The notes under the pieces: generated by a model
The model's input: only the letters and a program-made list of their open reading frames with translations
Databases searched by the model: none
Told to the model about the DNA's origin: nothing
Assembly (NCBI GenBank): GCA_021802125.1
Contig: JAKAAX010000004.1
Span: 4,560 to 68,559, forward strand
DNA from: Thermoplasmata archaeon
GTDB lineage: Archaea; Thermoplasmatota; Thermoplasmata; Lutacidiplasmatales; UBA184
Reading direction: 5' to 3'
DNA length: 64,000 nt
Program-made: the position numbers and the translations under genes
In this document: positions 19,539 through 28,874 of the stretch, in pieces
How positions within the stretch are numbered: the first letter of the stretch is position 1
Layout of the letters: each line of letters starts with the position of its first letter

Positions 19539-20294
19539 TCAACGAGCGGGGGGCACCAGTCCGCGCAAGCGCTGCTGCGCTTCCTCGATGGTCCTTTCGA
19601 ACTCGATGGGGCGAGGCACCCCGGGCCACTCTTCGTTGCCCATGGCCTGGCGGTTGCCCCCGAACTCGGCGCTGATCCGGACCGTGCCGTATCTGAAGAG
19701 CCTCTGCCAGATCTTCTGGCTAACGTCCACCCCACGCACCTGAAGGAGCTGGACCTCGTCGTAGTCCCTGCCCAGGATCCCGCTCTGGCGGATGACCCGG
19801 GTGCTGGTCACGACGTACACCGTGCTGGCGTAGTGCAGCCAGCGTACGCCGAAGTAAAGGATCCCGATGATGAGCAGAACGACCGCCGTGATCTCGTACG
19901 CGCTGACGAGTGACGCGCTGGGGTTGGATTGGGACAGGGGGCCCGGGAGCGCCGGGACGAACCCGAGGGCGGCCGCGTTCGTCGCCGACTTGAGGATCAT
20001 GAGGTCGAGCACGACGATCACCGCAAGGACCAGCGTGGGGACCGGCAGGTAGGTCCATCGCGTGGGACGGGTCTCCCAGAGCAGCTTCTCGCCCTGGGTC
20101 ATGTACGTCGCTCGCAGGAAACGAGGGAACTTCGTGTCGAGAGATACCGACGGTCGGGGGATATCCGGGATCACCGGCGGAGGAGGGACCGCCGAGGGGC
20201 CGATATCTCCGGTAGGGGTTCGGGCGGAAGAGGAGCTCCCCACTCCCGGGCCCGGAGGCAGACCCTGAGACCCTTGCGGACTCGGTGTCGACAT
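19539..20294 (-). CDS. Membrane protein with bacterial-type PH domain (bPH_2/DUF304, YdbT-like)
   Basis: 251 aa. Pro/Gly-rich N-terminus, two TM helices, then C-terminal segment YVVTSTRVIRQSGILGRDYDEVQLLQVRGVDV typical of bPH_2. Confidence 0.55.
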   Translation of the reverse strand: MSTPSPQGSQGLPPGPGVGSSSSARTPTGDIGPSAVPPPPVIPDIPRPSVSLDTKFPRFLRATYMTQGEKLLWETRPTRWTYLPVPTLVLAVIVVLDLMILKSATNAAALGFVPALPGPLSQSNPSASLVSAYEITAVVLLIIGILYFGVRWLHYASTVYVVTSTRVIRQSGILGRDYDEVQLLQVRGVDVSQKIWQRLFRYGTVRISAEFGGNRQAMGNEEWPGVPRPIEFERTIEEAQQRLRGLVPPAR

Positions 20295-20321
20295 GTTCTC
20301 TCAGATGGAGAACTCTCCGCT

Positions 20322-20393
20322 TTATACCTAGGTGGTGGACCCGGGGCGGCGGTCGGGGCCCCCTGACCGCACGCGCACTCCTCGGCTTCAAAT
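20322..20393. promoter_or_regulatory. Divergent promoter region with two TATA boxes (CTTTATACC for the minus-strand gene, TTCAAATG for the plus-strand amidohydrolase)
   Basis: Each element is about 25-30 nt upstream of its respective start codon (20294 minus, 20418 plus). An inverted repeat GTTCTC-N7-GAGAAC sits at the start of the minus-strand gene (20295-20313). Confidence 0.4.
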
Positions 20394-20417
20394 GCGAGGG
20401 GGGGTCCCAGGGTCCGG

Positions 20418-21272
20418 ATGGGGATCACCGACTGCCACGTGCACATCAACCCCGTCTGGGAGATGCTGCCCGTGGCTCGTGCCACCATCTCTGACCACCA
20501 TCAGGACTTCCAGCAGATCGAACGCTACCTTCGCGAGCCCGAGCTCTTCCTCGCCTACATGGACCGCTGCGGGGTCGAGCGGTCGGTGCTCATCAATTAC
20601 GTGAGCCCCGAGGTCATCGGCTACACGGAGAAGGCCAACGACTTCGTGGCCGACTACGTGAGGACCGACCCCAAGCGGCTCGTGGCGGTGGGGTCCGTCC
20701 ATCCCCGACGCCATACCGACCCGTTGCGCGCGATCTGGGAGCTTCGGGAGAAAGGCATCCGGGGGATCAAGCTGCACCCCTCGCATCAACTGTTCGCCCC
20801 GAACGAGTACACTCCGGACCGCGGGAACAACACGCAGCTCGGAGCCATCTACCGCGCGTGCGAGGAGCACCGGCTCCCGGTCATCTTCCACACCGGGACC
20901 TCGATCTTCCCTGGCGCAAGGAATCGGTACGCCCAGCCGATCCTTGTGGAGGACGTGGCGATCGACTACCCCGACCTCACGATCGTCCTCGCGCACGGGG
21001 GACGTCCGTTCTGGACGGAAGAGGCGATGTTCCTCACCCGACGCTTCAAGAACGTCTACCTCGAGGTCTCGGGGGTCCCCCCCGAGAAGCTGCTCAGCTA
21101 CTTCCCCGACCTGGAGCGGCTTTCGGACCGGGTCATCTTCGGGAGCGACTGGCCAGGGCCGGGGGTCAAGGACGTGGCGGACAACCTCGCGCGGTTCGCG
21201 AAGAGCGGCCTTTCGGCAGAGACCCGGGAGCGCATCCTCACGCACAACGCGGAGCGGGTCTTCCCGCGGTGA
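20418..21272 (+). CDS. Amidohydrolase-2 family metal-dependent hydrolase (TIM barrel)
   Basis: 284 aa. N-terminal metal-binding HxH (ITDCHVHINP) and conserved His/Asp positions of PF04909-type amidohydrolases. Confidence 0.8.
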   Translation: MGITDCHVHINPVWEMLPVARATISDHHQDFQQIERYLREPELFLAYMDRCGVERSVLINYVSPEVIGYTEKANDFVADYVRTDPKRLVAVGSVHPRRHTDPLRAIWELREKGIRGIKLHPSHQLFAPNEYTPDRGNNTQLGAIYRACEEHRLPVIFHTGTSIFPGARNRYAQPILVEDVAIDYPDLTIVLAHGGRPFWTEEAMFLTRRFKNVYLEVSGVPPEKLLSYFPDLERLSDRVIFGSDWPGPGVKDVADNLARFAKSGLSAETRERILTHNAERVFPR

Positions 21273-21310
21273 GCCCCGCTTGAAATAGTCCGGCTCTTCT
21301 CGGAGCCCTC

Positions 21311-21787
21311 GTGCAGGACGGAGCACCCCCCCAGAAGGTGGCTCCACCCCCGGACGGCGAGGAGCCGGAAGACGGGGAGGAGGAGCCCTCAGATGCCCCG
21401 GCTGCGCCCGCGCCTGGGGCCGGCCAGAAGGTCATCGACGCGGGGGAGGAGATCGGTCGTCTTCCGCTTCCCCGACGCGACCGAGGGGAGATCTACGCGG
21501 TCTCGAACCAGCTCCTAGGCGCCGCCCGCATCCGGGTGATGTGCGAGGACAACGTCTCGAGGATGGGACGGATCACCGGCAAGATGAAGAAGAAAATGTG
21601 GGTTCGTGAGGGCGACCTTCTCATCGTCCGGCCCTGGGGCTTCCAGGAAGGGAAGTCCGACATCATCTTCCGGTACAGCCGAACGCAGTCGAACTACCTC
21701 TCACGCCACAAGATGCTACCCGCCTCCGTGGACTTCTTTGGCGGGGACCTCCCGCCGGAACCGGAACGGCCCCGACGGAGACGATAG
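21311..21787 (+). CDS. eif1A: Translation initiation factor 1A (aIF-1A/eIF-1A)
   Basis: 158 aa, GTG start. S1-like OB core RVMCEDNVSRMGRITGKMKKKMWVREGDLLIVRPW..KSDIIFRY. Acidic/Pro-rich N-terminal tail. TATA TTGAAATAG 21280..21288 about 26 nt upstream indicates a leaderless transcript. Confidence 0.85.
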   Translation: MQDGAPPQKVAPPPDGEEPEDGEEEPSDAPAAPAPGAGQKVIDAGEEIGRLPLPRRDRGEIYAVSNQLLGAARIRVMCEDNVSRMGRITGKMKKKMWVREGDLLIVRPWGFQEGKSDIIFRYSRTQSNYLSRHKMLPASVDFFGGDLPPEPERPRRRR

Positions 21788-21795
21788 GTCCGACG

Positions 21796-23337
21796 ATGGC
21801 CGCACGACCCCTGGACCCCAGGGAGGTCCAGGTCCTCGAGGCCAACGCGGTGGCCCGGGGAGTCTCGATCGACCAACTGATGGACAACGCTGGCCACGCC
21901 GTTGCCGCCGAGGCGAGCCGCCACCTGCCGCCTCCTCCTGCCGCCGTCGGGATCGTCTGCGGACTGGGGAACAACGGAGGAGATGGGCTGGCCGCAGCCT
22001 CCGTGCTCGCCTCGCAAGGTTACCAGCCCCGTATCTGGCTCATCGGAGAACCGGGCAAGCTGCGCACCGTCGCGGCCCGCCGGCGATGGGACCTGGTCTC
22101 GGGCCTTCGCTACGTGAAGGCGGGCGCCCCGACCGCCGCGGACCTTCGCGGCCTCCCCCTCGTCATTGACGCGATGTTGGGCACCGGGGGACGAGGTGCT
22201 CCCCGGGAGCCCTACCATTCCGCGATCGAGGAGATCGTCTCCTCAGGGGTCCCGGTGCTCTCGGTCGACCTTCCTACCGGGCTCGGCAGTACCTCCGTTC
22301 TCCGCGCGCGCTGGACCGTCGCGTTGGAGGTGCTCAAGGAGGGGATGGACGGACCGGCTTGTGGGGAGGTCACGGTGAGCTCGATCGGCATGCCTCCGGA
22401 GGCCCACCGCGAGACCGGAGTGGGAGAGATGGCGCTCTTCCCGGTCCCTTCCCCCGGGACGCGCAAGAGCGACTCGGGTCGCGTCGTGGTGGTCGGGGGA
22501 GGCCCGTACGCCGGCGCGCCTTTCCTCGCGGGGATGGGCGCCCTCCGAGCCGGCGCAGACATGGTGATCGTGCTTGTGCCGGGCGCGGTTGCGGACATCG
22601 TTCAAGGGTACTCCCCACAACTGATCGTTCGGGCGGTAGGACTCGGGGCGGAGTTCACTGAGGAGGACTCGACGGAGCTTGCGGAGCTCACCTCCAAGGC
22701 CCGACCCACCGCGGTCCTCGTGGGCAATGGCGTCGGCGAGTCCCCCGAGACCTTGGGAGGGCTCGAGAAGTTCCTTCAATGGGCCCTCCCGAGCTACCCC
22801 TGCGCGGTGGACGCGGATGGGTTGCGCGTCCTCTCGCACCGCGGCGGACGACCCTTCCCTGGGCAATCCGCGACCCGGCTGCTCCTCACCCCGAACCTGA
22901 GGGAGTTTGCCCATCTCGCTTCTCCCGAAGCTCGGGCGAGCGAAGCTCCCGGGGAGGAGGATGTGCGCCGAACCGCCGCCCGTTTGAGGGCGACGGTGCT
23001 GGTCAAGGGCGCGGTGGACGTGGTCTCGGACGGCGAAGAGACCAAGGTCAATCGGACCCACCATCCGGCGATGGTCGTCGGGGGAGCCGGCGACGTGCTG
23101 GCGGGAGTCACGACCTCGCTGCTCGCCAGGGGACTGTCCCCCTTCCAAGCCGGACGTCTCGCGACCTACTGGACGGGTCGGGCCGCCGTGGAGGCGTTCG
23201 AGCGGGTCTCCTACGGCCTACTTCCCTCCGACCTGCTCGATCAGCTCGGGCCTGCCTTGAGGCGTGGGCTCGAAGAATTGAGACGGATCTCCGACCCGGG
23301 CCGGCCGGTCTCCCCGTCCTCTTCTCCTCACGAGTAG
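21796..23337 (+). CDS. nnr: Bifunctional NAD(P)H-hydrate repair enzyme Nnr (YjeF-N epimerase + YjeF-C ADP-dependent dehydratase)
   Basis: 513 aa. N-terminal YjeF_N (GLGNNGGDGL) and C-terminal carbohydrate-kinase-like YjeF_C (GGAGDVLAG). Confidence 0.9.
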   Translation: MAARPLDPREVQVLEANAVARGVSIDQLMDNAGHAVAAEASRHLPPPPAAVGIVCGLGNNGGDGLAAASVLASQGYQPRIWLIGEPGKLRTVAARRRWDLVSGLRYVKAGAPTAADLRGLPLVIDAMLGTGGRGAPREPYHSAIEEIVSSGVPVLSVDLPTGLGSTSVLRARWTVALEVLKEGMDGPACGEVTVSSIGMPPEAHRETGVGEMALFPVPSPGTRKSDSGRVVVVGGGPYAGAPFLAGMGALRAGADMVIVLVPGAVADIVQGYSPQLIVRAVGLGAEFTEEDSTELAELTSKARPTAVLVGNGVGESPETLGGLEKFLQWALPSYPCAVDADGLRVLSHRGGRPFPGQSATRLLLTPNLREFAHLASPEARASEAPGEEDVRRTAARLRATVLVKGAVDVVSDGEETKVNRTHHPAMVVGGAGDVLAGVTTSLLARGLSPFQAGRLATYWTGRAAVEAFERVSYGLLPSDLLDQLGPALRRGLEELRRISDPGRPVSPSSSPHE

Positions 23338-23993
23338 CGCACGCGCCCCTGGATCTCCTGCGCGCGCTCCTCGACCTCGGCATGCCCCTGGGGGAACGCC
23401 GCGCGGTACCCGGCGAGGAACCGCGCGAAGAGAGGCTCCGCATCGGAGCAGAGCGTGTTCAGGTCCTCACGGACCAGGTGCAGGTCGACGCCGAGGGCTT
23501 CGAGGCTGGCGGCTCGCGCGCCCAGAGAGAGGTCCAGCAGGGCCACGTTGCCCTCGCAGGAGAGGACGTTCGACGCGGTGAGGTCGCCGTGCGAGATCCC
23601 TGCGCGGTGGAGCTGTCCCAGGGCGTGGCCCCATTGCTGGCACGCGGTCCCCCGGGTGGCCTCCGTCCCCCCAGCCTCGGTGAGCACCGCGGCGAGGGTG
23701 GGTCCCTCGAGCTTCTCCAGCATGAGGGAGGAGGCCTCGAGGTCCACGTCGAGGACCACGGGGGTCCGAACCCCCGCGCGTCGGGCATCCCGCAGCAAGC
23801 GCACCTCGGTTCGTAGACGCTCGCCCCTCAGGCGGCGGTCCAGGGCGGGGTGTCGGTAGCGCTTGACCGGACGGGTCTTCCTCACGCACGAGAGCCCGAG
23901 GAAGGTCTCCTCTCCGACGACCGCCTCGGCGCCTTCCGCTTGGACGACCAAGGGTCCTACCTCCGGGCGAAGTTCAGGGGGCGGGGTGGCCAT
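23328..23993 (-). CDS. bud32: KEOPS complex kinase Bud32 (Kae1-associated Ser/Thr kinase)
   Basis: 221 aa. Small RIO-like kinase: AEGAEA, K..YRHPALD, catalytic ISHGDLTASNV, DLSLG. Overlaps the agmatinase 3' end by 20 nt. Confidence 0.85.
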   Translation of the reverse strand: MATPPPELRPEVGPLVVQAEGAEAVVGEETFLGLSCVRKTRPVKRYRHPALDRRLRGERLRTEVRLLRDARRAGVRTPVVLDVDLEASSLMLEKLEGPTLAAVLTEAGGTEATRGTACQQWGHALGQLHRAGISHGDLTASNVLSCEGNVALLDLSLGARAASLEALGVDLHLVREDLNTLCSDAEPLFARFLAGYRAAFPQGHAEVEERAQEIQGRVRYS

Positions 23994-24867
23994 TCCCTTG
24001 GCGGTGCTTCTCGACCCTGAGGATCGCCTCGCGGGCGATCCGGGCGGCCAGAGCGCTGGTGTTGCCCTGGTCCCAGGGCGGGGAGACCTCCATGATGTCG
24101 AGGCCGACCAGGCGGTCGGCGGTAGTGTCGATGATGGTCTTCACATCGAAGGGGGAGAGGCCGAACGGCTCGGGGGTCCCGGTGGCCGGAGCGTAGGCGG
24201 GGTCGATGCCGTCAATGTCGAGCGAGATGTAGACCTTCTCGGTACCGAGGTGCTCGACCGCCTTCCGGAGGACCGCGGCGACCCCCTGTTCATGGATGTC
24301 GTAGCTCGAGTAGTAGCGCATGCCGATCCGGTCGTTGTCCTGCTTCTCCTCCCGGCACATGGACCGGACCCCGAGGACGACCAGGTGCTTCGCACCGAGG
24401 TGCTCGACCATGCGGCGGGCGGAGCATGCGTGGCTGCGTCGGTCCCCCAGGTAGACCTCCCGGAAGTCGAGGTGAGCGTCCAGGTAGAGCACTCCGACGG
24501 ACTCGTTCTTCTTCAGGGCCTCGACCACCGGGGCGGCGCAGGCATGGTCCCCCCCGAACGTGATGACGAACTTCTCCTCCTCCCAGAGGGGAGCCACGAC
24601 CTCGCGGACCCCCTTCGCCATGTCCTCCGCGTTGCCAAACTCCTCCGTGTTCCCCATGTCGTGGATCGGCACCTCGGAGAGGTCGATCCCGGTCTCGAAG
24701 TTGTAGGTCTCGAAGTTCCACGAGTGCTGCCGGATCGCGTCAGGTCCGAACCGGGCCCCCGGTCGGAACGAAGTGGTCCGGTCGAACGGGACCCCCAGGA
24801 CCACGTAGCGGGCTTCCTTGAGGTCGGCGTTCGCGTCCGCGAAGGTCGGAAGCTGCATGGCGGTCAT
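23974..24867 (-). CDS. speB: Agmatinase (arginase/ureohydrolase family)
   Basis: 297 aa. Mn-binding motifs GGDHA, DAHLD, SLDIDGIDP. Confidence 0.9.
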   Translation of the reverse strand: MTAMQLPTFADANADLKEARYVVLGVPFDRTTSFRPGARFGPDAIRQHSWNFETYNFETGIDLSEVPIHDMGNTEEFGNAEDMAKGVREVVAPLWEEEKFVITFGGDHACAAPVVEALKKNESVGVLYLDAHLDFREVYLGDRRSHACSARRMVEHLGAKHLVVLGVRSMCREEKQDNDRIGMRYYSSYDIHEQGVAAVLRKAVEHLGTEKVYISLDIDGIDPAYAPATGTPEPFGLSPFDVKTIIDTTADRLVGLDIMEVSPPWDQGNTSALAARIAREAILRVEKHRQGNGHPAP

Positions 24868-24982
24868 CGACGGACGTCGGCCACGCCGGGCACCCTATAA
24901 GCCTCCGCCGACCGAGGGCTTCCGTCCCCGTACCCGAACGGAAGCGGAACCGGCGAGAGTACGTCGTGGCTCTCGCCCAACT

Positions 24983-26314
24983 TCACGGCATGGAGGTCAC
25001 GATGGCCATGACCACCGTGTCGGAAGCGACCTGCGTGGGGAGGGCGATCCCCGCGAGAAGGTCTGCCTCCGCGAAGTATGCTTCGAGGTAGTTCTGCGTC
25101 GCGTTCACCGCGTCGTAGATCGTCCCGTGGCCCGAGCTCAGGTTCTGCTCGACCTCCGCGGGAGAGAGACCTGTCCCGCTCGCGTTCAGCAGCAGTTGCG
25201 GGTTCTGAAGGGTCCCTAGATGGTAGGCCACGCCCCCGACGACGAGGAAGGGTATCCCTCCCGTCGTGTCGTAGGTGGACACATAGCTGACCTCCGGGAG
25301 TGCGACCGAGGGGATCGAGATCTGTTGATTGTTGGTCCCGACAATGGGGTCCCACGAGAGGATGGGGCTCATGGACCCGGCGCCGGCGAGGTCGATCCCG
25401 GGTGTCCCGGGATAGATGTCGGTGGGAGAGGAGGTGGTGTACTGACTTCCCACCCCGATGCCGAATGCCGTCAAGGCCCGGGCGAGCGCCCAGCTCGACG
25501 CGTCACAGTACGGGCAGGCGTTCGAGCCCAGGAAGAACACGACAGGTCTCCCCTGGTCCATGAAGGGTTCGCACGTCGCGTTCCCGTGCACATTCCACCC
25601 GGCATCGCCCGCTACGGAAGGTCCGGTCGAGAAGCTGCTGACGGGGGCCAACGAACATGAGGCCGTCAGCGGCGTGGGGGTCCGGGTAGCTCCCAGGTAA
25701 TGCCAACCGACGAGTCCGACCGCCAGCCCGGAGGCGAGGATGACCGCGCCGATCGTCAGAATGGCCAGGCTCCTGTGGGCGGGGGATGACAGGCCTCCGA
25801 AGGGCCGCGAGGGCGATGAAGCGCGGCCCCTACGCCGCAGGATCGAGGTACCTGGCACTCCCGCCGCAGCTCCTAAAGTGGGGGTGGTGTCCACGTGCCC
25901 CAGGTGCGAGGCGAGGCTCGTCACCGGTCCCAGGAGGAGGACCGGAAGCAGGGCCCCCGTTCCTCGGCGATCCGCTTGGCGGTGCAGGATCCTTAGCCGC
26001 GTGCCCGCCGGGACGGGCGAGAGCTCGAACACCACGTTCTCGGGGTCCCCCCGGTCAGGCGTCCACTGAAGCTCGAGGCGTCGGGTCGGCAGGCTCTCCA
26101 GGACCGTTCCCCTGACGTGCTGGCGGCGACCGGACTCATCTTGGACCTCGAGGTCGAGGTGCCCCGCAGGTCTCAGCTCGAGAATACCTGGGCCCAACCA
26201 TCGGGACCGAAGAGCGGGATCGACAAGGTAATTCCAGACCACCTCGGGAGGCGCGGGCAGAACGCGGTCGATCTCGACCGCCCCTCCCTCCAACTCGGGA
26301 GCCCCGGCGCTCAT
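24983..26314 (-). CDS. Fusion protein: cytoplasmic SRPBCC/AHSA1-like domain, one TM helix, and extracytoplasmic thioredoxin-fold domain with CPYC motif (paralogue of 43914..45119 and 45282..46475)
   Basis: About 443 aa from the ATG at 26314, which overlaps the arsR stop (ATGA). The track ORF extends to 26407. N-terminal EIDRVLPAPPEVVWNYLVDP..LRSRWLGP is an AHSA1/polyketide-cyclase-like fold. TM helix ILTIGAVILASGLAVGLVGW. C-terminal VVFFLGSNACPYCDASSWALARAL is the classic beta1-CxxC-alpha1 of a Trx fold. Confidence 0.6.
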   Translation of the reverse strand: MSAGAPELEGGAVEIDRVLPAPPEVVWNYLVDPALRSRWLGPGILELRPAGHLDLEVQDESGRRQHVRGTVLESLPTRRLELQWTPDRGDPENVVFELSPVPAGTRLRILHRQADRRGTGALLPVLLLGPVTSLASHLGHVDTTPTLGAAAGVPGTSILRRRGRASSPSRPFGGLSSPAHRSLAILTIGAVILASGLAVGLVGWHYLGATRTPTPLTASCSLAPVSSFSTGPSVAGDAGWNVHGNATCEPFMDQGRPVVFFLGSNACPYCDASSWALARALTAFGIGVGSQYTTSSPTDIYPGTPGIDLAGAGSMSPILSWDPIVGTNNQQISIPSVALPEVSYVSTYDTTGGIPFLVVGGVAYHLGTLQNPQLLLNASGTGLSPAEVEQNLSSGHGTIYDAVNATQNYLEAYFAEADLLAGIALPTQVASDTVVMAIVTSMP

Positions 26315-26643
26315 GACGCGGTCCCTCCTTTGGGCAGGCGCTTTTTGAGCTCGCGCTCCAGAGCACGCACCCTGCGGTTCCAGGACCCGCGGGTACGGTC
26401 CAACCACTCCTCGGTCTCCCGCAGTCCGTCAGGGTTCAGCTGGTAGACGCGACGTTGCGCCTCGGCGCGCACGGAGACGAGGCCCGCCTCCCTCAGCCTT
26501 CGCAGATGCTGGGAGACCGCCGGCTGGCTGAGCTGAAAGGTCCGGACAATCTCACCTGCGGACCTCTCACGTTCGGCCAGGAGCTCCATGATCCGTCGCC
26601 GGGTCGGGTCCGCTAGCGTTTCGAAGGCCAGCACAGCCATCAT
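26311..26643 (-). CDS. arsR: ArsR/SmtB-family transcriptional regulator (winged HTH)
   Basis: 110 aa. LADPTRRRIMELL..SAGEI..FQLSQPAVSQHLRRLREAGLV is a textbook ArsR HTH. ArsR is commonly paired with AHSA1-domain proteins. Confidence 0.85.
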   Translation of the reverse strand: MMAVLAFETLADPTRRRIMELLAERERSAGEIVRTFQLSQPAVSQHLRRLREAGLVSVRAEAQRRVYQLNPDGLRETEEWLDRTRGSWNRRVRALERELKKRLPKGGTAS

Positions 26644-26653
26644 AATGCTACGC

Positions 26654-26677
26654 GAATATAAGTGGATTTGGATATTC
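26654..26677. promoter_or_regulatory. Inverted repeat GAATAT-N12-ATATTC in the AT-rich divergent promoter between arsR and the enoyl-CoA hydratase gene (candidate operator)
   Basis: Perfect 6-bp arms at 26654-26659 and 26672-26677 within an AT-rich island (26644-26754) that also holds TATA-like elements for both flanking genes. Confidence 0.35.
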
Positions 26678-26754
26678 TACTGCCGCCCGTCCGCCCAAGG
26701 GGTCGGTTTTTAATGCCCGCTTCCGTGCCTCGCCCCCGAGGCCAGGTGCGCACC

Positions 26755-27555
26755 ATGACGTACGAACACGTGAACGTGAAGAAGGAAGAGGACGGCGTCG
26801 TCATCCTCTCGCTCAAGAATCCCCCGATGAACGCGCTCTCGACCATCCTCGTCAAGGAGCTCGGAGAGGCGGTGGCGGAGATCGGGAAGGACCGGAGCAA
26901 CCGCGCGGTCGTGCTCACCGGCGAGGGCCAGTACTTCTGCGTCGGCGCCGACGTGAAGGAGATGGCGGCCATGGCCATGTCGGGCAGCTTCCTCGAGGAG
27001 GCCCCCAAGATCGTCGCCAAGGGCCACGAGGTCTTCTCCTCGCTCGAGGCGCTCCCTCAGCCGGTCATCGCCGCCCTCAACGGGATGGCGCTTGGCGGCG
27101 GGCTGGAGCTCGCCATGTCCGCCGACATCCGGATCGCCGGGGACTCGACCAAGCTCGGCGCGCCGGAGGTCACCCTCGGACTCATCCCCGCCTACGGGGG
27201 CACCCAGCGTCTGCCTAAGCTCGTGGGGCTCGCGAAGGCCAACGAGCTCATCCTCACGGGGAGCATGATCCCGGGGCCTGAGGCCCTCAAGATCGGGCTC
27301 GTGAACAAGGTCGTGCCCGCTGGACAGGAGCTCCGGGCGGCGCGCGACCTCGCGCACACCATCGGAGCGAAGTGCTCTCCCCCCGCCGTGTCCGCCGCGA
27401 AGGCCTCCATCCGTCAGGGGCTCGCCAAGTCCCTCACGGAGGGCTTGAAGGGCGAGGCCGAGATCTTCCAGAAGCAGGTCCTCACCTCCGAGGACCTGGC
27501 CGAAGGCATCACCGCGTTCAGCGAGAAGCGCCCGCCCAAGTACAAGGGCAGGTAG
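26755..27555 (+). CDS. Enoyl-CoA hydratase (crotonase family)
   Basis: 266 aa from the ATG at 26755. Crotonase fold motifs VVLTGEGQYFCVGADVKE and ALNGMALGGGLELAMSADIRIA. Confidence 0.9.
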   Translation: MTYEHVNVKKEEDGVVILSLKNPPMNALSTILVKELGEAVAEIGKDRSNRAVVLTGEGQYFCVGADVKEMAAMAMSGSFLEEAPKIVAKGHEVFSSLEALPQPVIAALNGMALGGGLELAMSADIRIAGDSTKLGAPEVTLGLIPAYGGTQRLPKLVGLAKANELILTGSMIPGPEALKIGLVNKVVPAGQELRAARDLAHTIGAKCSPPAVSAAKASIRQGLAKSLTEGLKGEAEIFQKQVLTSEDLAEGITAFSEKRPPKYKGR

Positions 27556-27578
27556 GTCCTCGCGAGAGGGACGAGATC

Positions 27579-28820
27579 ATGGCGACAGCTCAAGAGGCGA
27601 CGATGGAGCACGGCGCGCCGACCATCCAGATGAAGTTCACGGAGGAGCAGAACGCTCTCCGCGAGACCGTCGCGAAGTTCGCCGAAGAGGAGATGGCTCC
27701 CATCCTGGAGGAGATGGACGAGAAGGAGGAGTTCCCGCAGAAGACGGTCCAGCGGATGAAGGAACTCGGGTTCTTCGGCGTCCCCATCCCCGAGGAGTAC
27801 GGGGGCCTGGGGATGGGCAAGGTCGGCTACTGCATCATGCTCGAGGAGCTGTCGAAGTTCGACGCCTCCCACCCGGCCATCCTGGGCGCTCACACCTCGC
27901 TGGGGATGACCCCGCTCCACTACTACGGGACCGAGGAGCAGAAGCAGAAGTTCCTGGTTCCGGCCGCGAAGGGGGAGAAACTGATGGGCTTCTCCCTCAC
28001 CGAGCCGCACAGCGGCTCCGACTCCGGCTCGTTGAAGACCGAGGCGAAGGCCGAGGGCGACTACTGGATCCTCAACGGAAACAAGATCTACGTCACCAAC
28101 GGGAAGGAGGCCGACCAGATCGTCGTGATGGCGGCGAACGACCTCAAGCTCGGTTCGAACGGCGGGATCTCCGCCTTCCTCGTCGAGAAGGGGATGAAGG
28201 GGTTCCGCCTCGGGCGGTGCGAGAAGAAGATGGGGCTGCACGGCACCAGCACCGCGGAGCTCATCTTCGAGAACTGCGCCGTTCCGAAGGAGAACATCAT
28301 CGGCGGGGTGGGGCGCGGATTCTACGTCGCCATGACCGCGCTCGACGTCGGCCGGGTCTCCCTGGGCGCAGGGTCCTGCGGAGGCATCTGGGGTGCGCTC
28401 AACGTCTCGCTCAACTACGCCAACAACCGGATGCAGTTCGACGCCCCGATCGTTCAGTACCAGGCGATCCAGTTCAAGCTCGCCGACATGGCGATGCACC
28501 TGCACGCGCTCCGGACGATGGTCTACCAGGCGGCAGCGTTCCAGGACGGATTGGGCTACGACCCGACGAAGTGGCCTCGCTCGGACCGGCTGAAGAAGTC
28601 GCGGGACAGCGCAGTGATCAAGTGCCTCGGGAGCGAGTGGGCCTCCAAGGCGGTCAACGACGCGCTCCAGATCCACGGCGGGATCGGCTACATCCGCGGG
28701 ACGCCCATCGAGCGCGCCTACCGTGACGCGCGGATCAGCGAGATCTTCGAGGGGACCAACGAGGTCCAGCGGATGATCATCGCTGGGGACCTGATCGGTC
28801 GCGGCGGCTTCGTTCCGTAG
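27579..28820 (+). CDS. Acyl-CoA dehydrogenase (second paralogue)
   Basis: 413 aa from the ATG at 27579. ACAD family. RBS-like GAGAGGG 10 nt upstream. C-terminal FEGTNEVQRMIIA. Confidence 0.9.
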   Translation: MATAQEATMEHGAPTIQMKFTEEQNALRETVAKFAEEEMAPILEEMDEKEEFPQKTVQRMKELGFFGVPIPEEYGGLGMGKVGYCIMLEELSKFDASHPAILGAHTSLGMTPLHYYGTEEQKQKFLVPAAKGEKLMGFSLTEPHSGSDSGSLKTEAKAEGDYWILNGNKIYVTNGKEADQIVVMAANDLKLGSNGGISAFLVEKGMKGFRLGRCEKKMGLHGTSTAELIFENCAVPKENIIGGVGRGFYVAMTALDVGRVSLGAGSCGGIWGALNVSLNYANNRMQFDAPIVQYQAIQFKLADMAMHLHALRTMVYQAAAFQDGLGYDPTKWPRSDRLKKSRDSAVIKCLGSEWASKAVNDALQIHGGIGYIRGTPIERAYRDARISEIFEGTNEVQRMIIAGDLIGRGGFVP

Positions 28821-28874
28821 GGTGGGGAGCGGCGAACGCTCCCTCCCCTCCCCTTCCGAACGCCGACTTCGAGG

